Source: a virus (lineage: Duplodnaviria; Caudoviricetes). From it: a DNA stretch of 34,173 nucleotides. Location: positions 1 through 34,173 of IMG/VR virus record IMGVR_UViG_3300011338_000730; one strand, written 5' to 3'. Under the pieces are notes generated by a model that did no database searches, was not told the DNA's origin, and saw nothing but the letters and a program-made list of their open reading frames with translations. The first letter of the stretch is position 1. Each line of letters opens with the position of its first letter. Both the position numbers and the translations under genes were made by a program. Below, in pieces: positions 27,392-34,173 of the stretch.

Positions 27392-28084
27392 ATGGAAAAC
27401 ATGATTACAATTATAGAAGGTAGTGAATTTTGTGTCGATGCCCGTGAGTTATATGAAAAGCTAGAATCAACAAGACGATTCGATAAATGGATTGAACATA
27501 GATTAGAGCGGTCAGAATTGGACAAAGGTAAGGATTATGTGGCCATTCGGAGTACATCGGTCGGGTATTGGTTAACTTTAGACGCCGCAAAACATATTTG
27601 CTTAATGGAGCGTAGCGTGAAGGGAAAGCAAATTAGGCAATGGTTTATTGATAGAGATAAAAAACTGCGAGATATTGAAAAACATAGTACGCACAATCAT
27701 ATACAGATGTCTCCTGTTCAAAGATTGGAATTAGAATTACAAATTGCCAGGCAGTCAGAAGAGAATGCGAAAAAAATAAAAGCATTAGAGATACAAAATG
27801 ATGACATTCGTAAGCTAGCGGTTCAAGCGAACGAATACAACAGCGGTAAAAGTGGTTTTTACACAATTCGAGGATACGCAAAAATAACAAACCTTAAAAC
27901 AAGCGTTAAAGAGGCAAAAGAAATTGCTTATATCGCTAGAAATATTTCTAAAAAATTAGGCTTAGAAGTACAGAAATGTAATGACGAGCGTTTCGGTAGT
28001 GTTAATCTTTATCATGAAGATGCACTAAAGAAAGCCTTTGATACTTATTTATCAGAAAACGAGCATGAAGAGTTTTTATTCTAG
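27392..28084 (+). CDS. AntA/AntB-family antirepressor
   Basis: VDARELY..L, F.KWI..R, Y.LTLDAAKHICLMERS.KGKQIRQWFI. Confidence 0.88.
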   Translation: MENMITIIEGSEFCVDARELYEKLESTRRFDKWIEHRLERSELDKGKDYVAIRSTSVGYWLTLDAAKHICLMERSVKGKQIRQWFIDRDKKLRDIEKHSTHNHIQMSPVQRLELELQIARQSEENAKKIKALEIQNDDIRKLAVQANEYNSGKSGFYTIRGYAKITNLKTSVKEAKEIAYIARNISKKLGLEVQKCNDERFGSVNLYHEDALKKAFDTYLSENEHEEFLF

Positions 28085-28091
28085 GTGACTC

Positions 28092-28301
28092 ATGGAAAAA
28101 ACTTACAAATGCACAACGTGCAAAGAATATAAAGTACTTGGTGAATTCTATAAAAACGCTTCCACCAGCACAAAGCGCGCAACTAAATGCAAAATATGTA
28201 TGCGCACTGATAATATCGAGCGCGATAGACTAAGTAGAGTTAAACGCGAAGAAGCAAAGAAAGCTAAACAAGAAAGATTTATTTATTATGGGAATGAATA
28301 A
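28092..28301 (+). CDS. Small zinc-finger protein
   Basis: CTTCKEYK..EFYK...CKIC. Confidence 0.65.
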   Translation: MEKTYKCTTCKEYKVLGEFYKNASTSTKRATKCKICMRTDNIERDRLSRVKREEAKKAKQERFIYYGNE

Positions 28302-28389
28302 AGAATTAAGAAAGTTCTCTTTCATGATGTTTCTTATGGGTTTTATTGCTGGAATTTGTATTTTTTATGGGCTTGAATCTTTTAAATGA
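28294..28389 (+). CDS. Small membrane peptide, 31 aa
   Basis: MNKELRKFSFMMFLMGFIAGICIFYGLESFK; coupled to next ORF. Confidence 0.45.
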   Translation: MNKELRKFSFMMFLMGFIAGICIFYGLESFK

Positions 28390-28493
28390 AATATAAAATA
28401 CTTTCCTATTTTGTTTGTTTTTATTTCCTCGGTGTAATTTTTATCGTTCCTTCGTTGATTATTTTAGTTTTATTAGATTTACTTAACTTATGA
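28386..28493 (+). CDS. Small membrane peptide, 35 aa
   Basis: MKYKILSYFVCFYFLGVIFIVPSLIILVLLDLLNL; ATGA overlaps at both ends. Confidence 0.5.
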   Translation: MKYKILSYFVCFYFLGVIFIVPSLIILVLLDLLNL

Positions 28494-28834
28494 AATTATC
28501 AACTGATGAGGCTTATAATGTTGTGCTTGATTCCGCTGAACACTTTGGACTTGGTCACCAAACAATGAAGCTTTGCGAAGAGATGTCAGAGTGTACCGCC
28601 GCCCTGCTTAAAGGCACTAACGGTGATCATATGATTGAAGAAATCTTTGATGTTTACATAGTGTTGATTCAAGTCATGGCGATCATGAATTTAGATATTA
28701 GCGATCCAGTTTGTTTGAAGAAAATTTTAAAACTAAAAGGCATTTTAGAAACCGATAAAAAACTAAAAGCTAAAACAATTGTTAAAAGCAAAACTATTAA
28801 ATCAAAAAATAAAAAAGCTAACATGTTCATGTAG
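28490..28834 (+). CDS. MazG-like nucleotide pyrophosphohydrolase
   Basis: Q..KL.EE.SE...A..K and IEEIFDV acidic motif. Confidence 0.7.
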   Translation: MKLSTDEAYNVVLDSAEHFGLGHQTMKLCEEMSECTAALLKGTNGDHMIEEIFDVYIVLIQVMAIMNLDISDPVCLKKILKLKGILETDKKLKAKTIVKSKTIKSKNKKANMFM

Positions 28835-28843
28835 GCTATAGAC

Positions 28844-29206
28844 ATGAATCAAATTGAACTAATTATAATGGGAAAACCTAAATCAGCAAATCAGCTTTTG
28901 GGACAAAATTGGTACAAACGAAAAAAGAATGCTGATTATTTTAAGTCTACTGTAGCTTATCAAATTAAAGTTAAAAACCTTATTCAAAAACCACTATGGT
29001 CAAAATGTTCTCTCTCTTTTGTTGTTTATCGATCTCGGTTTATGGACTTTGACGGCGTTGTTTCAACTTTAAAACCCATCGTCGACGGTCTAAAGGGTTT
29101 AATACTAACAGATGACTCGTGGGAAGTGACTGGTCCTTGGGTAATAGATCAAAAAAAATGCAAGCGCGGTGATGAATGCGTGATTTTGCAAGTAAAAAAT
29201 GGTTAG
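28844..29206 (+). CDS. rusA: RusA-like Holliday junction resolvase
   Basis: PKSAN, DFD....KPIVDGL.G.I..DD motif. Confidence 0.75.
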   Translation: MNQIELIIMGKPKSANQLLGQNWYKRKKNADYFKSTVAYQIKVKNLIQKPLWSKCSLSFVVYRSRFMDFDGVVSTLKPIVDGLKGLILTDDSWEVTGPWVIDQKKCKRGDECVILQVKNG

Positions 29207-29231
29207 GCTTTCAAAAACAAAGGGGTAGCTT

Positions 29232-30152
29232 ATGTGGAAAGTGTCTTTTTTATTATTAATTAGTATATGCGCAAATGCTTCTGAACATGAAGACATAATT
29301 AGAGCAATGAAAAGGCCTAGAGCCCAAAACGAGGTAATGACTAAACACAAAAGTGCAGTCACTATTTTACTAAAAGACTTACTTAAAAAAGAAGAACTAA
29401 AAGAATTAGACAAACAAAAACTAGACGAAACCCAAACAATAATCCCAAGTCCAAAGCCACATTCTTCTCTTTTTGATCGAGTATCAAACTCATACGCGAA
29501 AAAAGCCTACGCGTTTGCCCCCGCTACACCTACTCCATTACCCACTTTCGTTAGTTTAAAATCAAATGACACTCCTGTTATAACGCAGTGGAACGGAACG
29601 TGCACAGCACATGCATCAATAGCTGCTATGGAAAACATACTAAAAGCGTCAAACAATCTTTCAGAGCGTCACCATTGGTCTACTTATGAGCAATATTCCT
29701 CTCACGAGTCCGTAAAAGCTGCACAGTCAAAACCAATTGAACAGGAATACGTTTGGCCACATAATTCCATCACACCAAAACTAGAACTAGGAAAAGGCGA
29801 AAGATTTAAGTTATCTAAAGTTGAATACATTGGTTACAACCCCTCACGCTTGCAAGAACACTTATCTAAAGGCCTACCGGCTATCGTCGCGATGACGGTC
29901 CCCAAAGACCTAGGCGCATGTCTCCCCGTCGTTCGTGAGGCCTCAGAAGTAGATACAAACGCAGGTCATGCAATGGCAGTCGTTGGCTACGGACTAGACT
30001 CTTCTCTTCAATCTAAAGGCTATTTCACTGTTAAAAACTCGTGGGGTGAAAACTGTCACGCGAAAGGTTATGCATCTATTCCCTATAACCAATGCTTAAA
30101 GCCTAACGCTTATTGCGCTTTCTGGCTTTTTACGTCAGTAGAAAAACTATAA
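29232..30152 (+). CDS. Papain-like cysteine peptidase (C1) with signal peptide
   Basis: QWNGTCTAHA (Gln/Cys), GHAMAVVGY (His), VKNSWG (Asn); N-term MWKVSFLLLISICANA. Confidence 0.9.
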   Translation: MWKVSFLLLISICANASEHEDIIRAMKRPRAQNEVMTKHKSAVTILLKDLLKKEELKELDKQKLDETQTIIPSPKPHSSLFDRVSNSYAKKAYAFAPATPTPLPTFVSLKSNDTPVITQWNGTCTAHASIAAMENILKASNNLSERHHWSTYEQYSSHESVKAAQSKPIEQEYVWPHNSITPKLELGKGERFKLSKVEYIGYNPSRLQEHLSKGLPAIVAMTVPKDLGACLPVVREASEVDTNAGHAMAVVGYGLDSSLQSKGYFTVKNSWGENCHAKGYASIPYNQCLKPNAYCAFWLFTSVEKL

Positions 30153-30175
30153 CAAAATTAGGAACCTTACCCAAA

Positions 30176-30463
30176 ATGTCTAATATTTTAGTCTATACGC
30201 AGCAAGTAATGGATCGAGTCCGAGAAATTCATAAACAAAACGAGATGTTGCTCACTACGCAAGAAATGTATCTCAAAAAAGAGATGCAACTCATGCTTGA
30301 AATAGAAAAGCTTAAACAAGAACTGCACCAAGCTAAAGTTCAATCTAAAAAACAAGAAGAACAAAAAGAACGCGAAGAAAAGCTAAAGCAAAATGATGTT
30401 AACTTTCAAGAGCTTCTCGCTGATCACATCAAGCATCAAAAACAAAAAGGCCTAGCAGTATGA
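30176..30463 (+). CDS. Coiled-coil hypothetical protein
   Basis: Gln/Glu/Lys-rich; start moved to ATG 30176. Confidence 0.6.
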   Translation: MSNILVYTQQVMDRVREIHKQNEMLLTTQEMYLKKEMQLMLEIEKLKQELHQAKVQSKKQEEQKEREEKLKQNDVNFQELLADHIKHQKQKGLAV

Positions 30464-30690
30464 AGCATAAATCGTCATTTCGTAGACGACAAAAGAAAGC
30501 TGATTACAAATTTAAACAAAACATACTACAAAATAAAACCCCTAAAGAAGATACAATCAATCAAGTAATTAAAATATTAGGAGAAAAAGGAATTAAAGTA
30601 AGCTTTCATGATAACGTCTTTACTATTACCAGAACTGGCGAAACTTTTTCTTTTGATGATGTTATTAGTATTATTGCCGGAACTGTTTAG
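30460..30690 (+). CDS. Hypothetical protein
   Basis: 76 aa, ATGA overlap. Confidence 0.6.
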   Translation: MKHKSSFRRRQKKADYKFKQNILQNKTPKEDTINQVIKILGEKGIKVSFHDNVFTITRTGETFSFDDVISIIAGTV

Positions 30691-30707
30691 ATAATTTAAC
30701 ATTTCTT

Positions 30708-30790
30708 AGGGCGTTAATTTAGTGGTAGAATTTTCCGGGTGTACTAGTTCACTCGACGGCGCGGGAGTTCGATTCTCTCACGCCCCGCCA
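30708..30790 (+). tRNA. tRNA-like gene with atypical anticodon arm (identity undetermined)
   Basis: Acceptor GGGCGT/ACGCCC, D loop AGTGGTA, T arm GGGAG-TTCGATT-CTCTC, encoded CCA; anticodon arm non-canonical. Confidence 0.75.
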
Positions 30791-30994
30791 TTTATTCTCT
30801 AGATATTTAAACATACCGTAAATTAAACAAACACTTATTGTTAATTTTGGAAAATAAACAACTACACCAACAATGGCACAAACCATAATTGCAGCTATAA
30901 TTAAATAATAAATAACCTGAATAAGTACATAACCGATTATAATTAAAGCTGGGCAGACCGCTATTAATATACAAAAAAGTAAAAAAGTAATCAT
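30749..30994 (-). CDS. Small multi-TM membrane protein
   Basis: Very hydrophobic, AGGT RBS; 3' end overlaps the tRNA antisense. Confidence 0.55.
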   Translation of the reverse strand: MITFLLFCILIAVCPALIIIGYVLIQVIYYLIIAAIMVCAIVGVVVYFPKLTISVCLIYGMFKYLENKWRGVRESNSRAVE

Positions 30995-30999
30995 ACCAA

Positions 31000-31197
31000 C
31001 TACCTAAAATATCTGACAGGATATAACTCACATAATTCTGCAACCATGTCTTTTATCTCACGTATCGTCAGAACATCATAAGCTTCAATACATTGATTGA
31101 ATATTTTATGGTATGCGTCGCAAGCTGGTGATACATCTAAGTTTGCAAGCTCTTTTTTGATTAATGTATAAGCTACGTTATATTTTACGTTATTCAT
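31000..31197 (-). CDS. Hypothetical protein
   Basis: 65 aa with GAGAG RBS. Confidence 0.55.
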   Translation of the reverse strand: MNNVKYNVAYTLIKKELANLDVSPACDAYHKIFNQCIEAYDVLTIREIKDMVAELCELYPVRYFR

Positions 31198-31291
31198 TTT
31201 ATTTCTCTCTTTTTTTACATCAACTTTAGCGTTGCTGCGTTAAACAACTTATGCACAACAATTATTACTTTTACAATAAAACAATTGTTAA

Positions 31292-31393
31292 TTGCGTCAT
31301 TTTATTCTTAACACTTGCAAAAACATACAAAACAAGTACAGAATTGTTGATAACTTCGCATAAGTATTACTAATGTCTAACTTGCGTCATTTT
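31292..31393. repeat. 12-bp direct repeat TTGCGTCATTTT upstream of terS
   Basis: Copies at 31292-31303 and 31382-31393 in an AT-rich divergent intergenic region. Confidence 0.7.
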
Positions 31394-31423
31394 TTGAATA
31401 ATTAAAGTAAATTTGGGTAAAAA

Positions 31424-31774
31424 ATGAAACCAGGACCAAAACAGTCTGAATTTCGTGTTGAAAAAGAACATAAAAAAACGTTCAGAGATAACTTAAAAAG
31501 ACTAAGTAGAGATTTAGCTCTGCATCAACGATTTAAGCTTGAAATAGAGCGGCTAGATGAGATGCAAAAAGAAGCTAGAAACGCTGGCGAATATAACAAC
31601 GAACTAAACATTATTAAAACTAAGATGGCAGCTTACTTTGAGCTGATGCCGTATCTTTTACCTAAGCTTGCAGCTATTCAAATTGATCAAACCAAGCAAA
31701 CGACAGTTACAGCGGAAGAAGCTGAAGCAACGTTGCAATTAATGATTGCTGATCAAGTTAACTTAATAAAATGA
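31424..31774 (+). CDS. terS: Putative terminase small subunit
   Basis: 116 aa directly upstream of and coupled to the terminase ATPase; ELMPYLLPKL motif. Confidence 0.6.
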   Translation: MKPGPKQSEFRVEKEHKKTFRDNLKRLSRDLALHQRFKLEIERLDEMQKEARNAGEYNNELNIIKTKMAAYFELMPYLLPKLAAIQIDQTKQTTVTAEEAEATLQLMIADQVNLIK

Positions 31775-32421
31775 GTAGAGAATTAAAACTTGCACAAATA
31801 GCAGCGATTTACAGAAAAAGCCTTTATCACTTTTGCAAGTACGGACTTGGTATGAAAGACATTAATATAAAGACTCACGGAGGTGTTATCAGAAACCTTG
31901 AGAGCCAAGCTACAAGGCAATTAATAGTTCTCCCACGCGGAAGTCTCAAAAGCTCGTTAGCTGTTACTGGTTACTGTATTTGGAGATTAATTAGAAACCC
32001 AAATGATAGAATACTAATTGACTCAGAAGTTTACGAGAATAGTAAAAACTTTATACGAGAAATTAAAGCTTATATGCAAAGCCAACACTTGATCGACGTA
32101 TTTGGTGATTTTAAAGGTGAAATATGGAGTGAGGGCGAAATTACTATTAAGCAAAGGACTAAGCCATATAAAGAAGCATCGGTAACAGCGGGAGGCGTGA
32201 ATACAGTAAAGGTCGGCCAGCATTATAGTTGCATCGTGTCAGACGACTTAAATAGTGGAAATAATTCAGGAACTCCAGAAGCTAGGGCTAAGGTTTTGCA
32301 GCATTACAGACTAAACGATGCAATTCTAGACCCGGGGGGAACGTATGTCGTCATCGGCACTAGATATAGTGACGATGACGTAATTGGAAACATACTTAAA
32401 AACGAAATAGGAATAAAATGA
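31771..32421 (+). CDS. terL: Terminase large subunit, N-terminal ATPase domain only
   Basis: Walker A-like PRGSLKS, G.H...IVSDD (Walker B), VIGTRY..DD (coupling motif); stops at 216 aa. Confidence 0.88.
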   Translation: MSRELKLAQIAAIYRKSLYHFCKYGLGMKDINIKTHGGVIRNLESQATRQLIVLPRGSLKSSLAVTGYCIWRLIRNPNDRILIDSEVYENSKNFIREIKAYMQSQHLIDVFGDFKGEIWSEGEITIKQRTKPYKEASVTAGGVNTVKVGQHYSCIVSDDLNSGNNSGTPEARAKVLQHYRLNDAILDPGGTYVVIGTRYSDDDVIGNILKNEIGIK

Positions 32422-33182
32422 CAAACGTAACAGTAGTTTTGACTCATCACTTAAACGAAAACGACAAGTACTTACAGCTAGCTATAAACGGCATAGCTTG
32501 GCAGATGAGGCATAACTTTAATATGCACTGTTACATAGTAAGTAGTGCAGTTAATAGCCCAAGCGTTACATTTAATAATAGCTTTACGCTTATACATAAA
32601 CCCGAACTCTACAACGCTACAGTAAAGTTTCAGCATGTTTACGAGTTAACTAAAGCTAACACTGATAAATACCTTTTACACTCCGATGACGTAATTATGT
32701 CGGCCAAGTGTCTAGGTAATATGGTAATGGCATCACAAAGCGTTAACATTACATTTATTCAAAACCCTTTATGCAATGGTGACGTACCAAGTAAGTATAT
32801 CACTCCGTTATGTATACAACACGAAGGCAAGCTTGAGCTTGTGCCTCAAACAATGGACTACGATTGGTCAGAGACTAGGCTCACAGGAATACACTCACCG
32901 CCTCCTAGGGACATGCTACTATGTCCTTTCCCGTTTGTGAGTTTCTATTGCACACTGATTGATAAAGATCTTTTTGAGCGAATAGGGGGCTTGGACGAAA
33001 GGTTAGACTATAAAAACAATGACGTAGACTTTTGCTTTAGAGCAGCTAAGCAAAACGTACCAAGTATGGTTAATTTTGGCGCGTTAGCTTTACATTTTGG
33101 CAGTAAAACGCTTAACATTGTTAAGACTAAAGAAGACGACGAGTTAGCCGATAAGATTTTTAAAGAGAAGCATAATTTATAG
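32418..33182 (+). CDS. Glycosyltransferase family 2
   Basis: LLHSDD, FYCTLI, IGGLDE, DVDFCFRA, HFGSKT motifs. Confidence 0.85.
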   Translation: MTNVTVVLTHHLNENDKYLQLAINGIAWQMRHNFNMHCYIVSSAVNSPSVTFNNSFTLIHKPELYNATVKFQHVYELTKANTDKYLLHSDDVIMSAKCLGNMVMASQSVNITFIQNPLCNGDVPSKYITPLCIQHEGKLELVPQTMDYDWSETRLTGIHSPPPRDMLLCPFPFVSFYCTLIDKDLFERIGGLDERLDYKNNDVDFCFRAAKQNVPSMVNFGALALHFGSKTLNIVKTKEDDELADKIFKEKHNL

Positions 33183-33190
33183 GAGACTAC

Positions 33191-33508
33191 ATGAGCCAGC
33201 AAAGAGACGATGTATTTAGTTTATATCCAGAAACGCTTGTTATTGGAGCGAGTTTAACTGCTTTGATTAGCCCATTGCCTGGGCAGAATTTCACTGCGAT
33301 TAAATCTGCATTTGGTTCTAGTATTAGCTTAATAGCTGGTGCGACGAACGCTTATGGTTGTAGTTTTGCAGTCTCGCAAGCTTACCCGATCGGTCAGACT
33401 GAAATATTTCACTGGAATAACTCAGGGTCCTTAAAGTTACAAACAATCGGAGCGACTGCCACTGTGTATCTCGTGCGTGGTCTAACGGCTGGGTTTACTC
33501 AATTATAG
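33191..33508 (+). CDS. Small beta-rich putative virion protein, G-x-S/T rich
   Basis: AGGAG RBS; 8 of 10 Gly followed by S/T at +2. Confidence 0.6.
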   Translation: MSQQRDDVFSLYPETLVIGASLTALISPLPGQNFTAIKSAFGSSISLIAGATNAYGCSFAVSQAYPIGQTEIFHWNNSGSLKLQTIGATATVYLVRGLTAGFTQL

Positions 33509-33517
33509 AGGTGAATT

Positions 33518-33964
33518 ATGAGAAGTTTTTCAAATCAACTGGATTCATTTCAAAATAACAATGACTTTTTTGCGTCAAGCCAAAGAATCAACGTTTTGCA
33601 GTCAATTCCACACCATGCTCAGACAGCTTATTTAAACAATGAAAATGTAGTCAATCCTTTTGGTGTTTACAACGCGACAACAGGCAAATTTACAGTACCG
33701 CAAGACATGACTATAACAAGTACTTTTTTTTGTATTTTAACGGGCTTAACTCCTGGGGTAGGGCAATTTCATGTTCGCTATGCAATAGATGGCAGTCTCG
33801 TCGTTTATCCTTATTGGGGCTTTGCGATTGAGACAGCGGAACCGCAAGTGGTCGCAACTGTTCAATTACGTCTAACGGCAGGGCAAACATTTGAATGGGT
33901 TGTGTATCAAAACAATGGAGCGGCTAGAAACTCGGCAGGTCATGTAAGTTTTAAAAAAGGATAA
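33518..33964 (+). CDS. C1q-like domain protein (fibre tip candidate)
   Basis: YNATTGKFTVP, LRLTAGQ, VYQNNG motifs. Confidence 0.7.
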   Translation: MRSFSNQLDSFQNNNDFFASSQRINVLQSIPHHAQTAYLNNENVVNPFGVYNATTGKFTVPQDMTITSTFFCILTGLTPGVGQFHVRYAIDGSLVVYPYWGFAIETAEPQVVATVQLRLTAGQTFEWVVYQNNGAARNSAGHVSFKKG

Positions 33965-33967
33965 CTC

Positions 33968-34173
33968 ATGAAAAAGTATGCAATCGTTTTAGATGGGACT
34001 GTCATAGATGTTATTACATGGGCTCAAAACACTCCAGTTGGTTTACCGAAATTTGGTTCTTTCGCGGTAATTGGTCCAAGTGATGTAGAAGCTGGCTGGT
34101 CGTATATAGACGGAGTTTTCGCCCCACCTATAGCAATAATGGCCGAGCCTAAGGCTACTAAAAAGAAAAAATA
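33968..34173 (+). CDS. Tail-fibre-assembly-like protein (3'-truncated by window edge)
   Basis: MKKYAIVLDGTVIDVITW...AGWSYIDGVFAPP resembles Tfa-type proteins. Confidence 0.55.
   Translation, partial: MKKYAIVLDGTVIDVITWAQNTPVGLPKFGSFAVIGPSDVEAGWSYIDGVFAPPIAIMAEPKATKKKK

Noticed and set aside
30742-30749. Amber suppressor tRNA / TAG recoding
   Set aside because: CUA is not in canonical loop position; several core genes (e.g. capsid at 5300) end cleanly in TAG and ORFs are not fragmented.
32400-32430. Frameshift or readthrough restoring full-length TerL
   Set aside because: The downstream ORF is a clear GT2, not a nuclease, and no nuclease motifs are visible downstream.
1-34173. Terminal repeat or complete circular genome
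   Set aside because: The ends do not overlap; both terminal ORFs are truncated and unrelated.

Overview
A near-complete (about 34 kb, AT-rich) genome segment of a short-tailed (podovirus-like) dsDNA phage. The + strand late region (1-19.4 kb) holds the terminase nuclease C-terminus, a P22-like portal, scaffold, major capsid, decoration/fibre-like proteins, a GT2-TPR-GT4 glycosyltransferase, head-tail adaptor, tail nozzle, four ejection-protein candidates and a holin/SLT lysis cassette. A leftward early region (19.4-24.6 kb) carries a lambda-O-like initiator with internal iteron-like repeats, an SF4 helicase, an SPFH lipoprotein and many small ORFs. A 1.1 kb ORF-free, heavily base-paired divergent control region follows (24.6-25.7 kb). 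The rightward arm has Gp157, Sak/Rad52-like, SSB, AntA, MazG-like, RusA-like and papain-like protease genes, an aberrant tRNA, TerS, a stand-alone terminase ATPase, a second GT2 and more fibre-like genes. No integrase or CI-like repressor is visible. Highlights: (1) a candidate virion O-glycosylation system with a G-x-S/T sequon; (2) a roughly 500-nt ornate ncRNA candidate; (3) repeated kissing-loop terminator leaders; (4) an apparently split terminase; (5) a tRNA-like RNA lacking a normal anticodon. All functional calls come from motif recognition by eye, without database searches.
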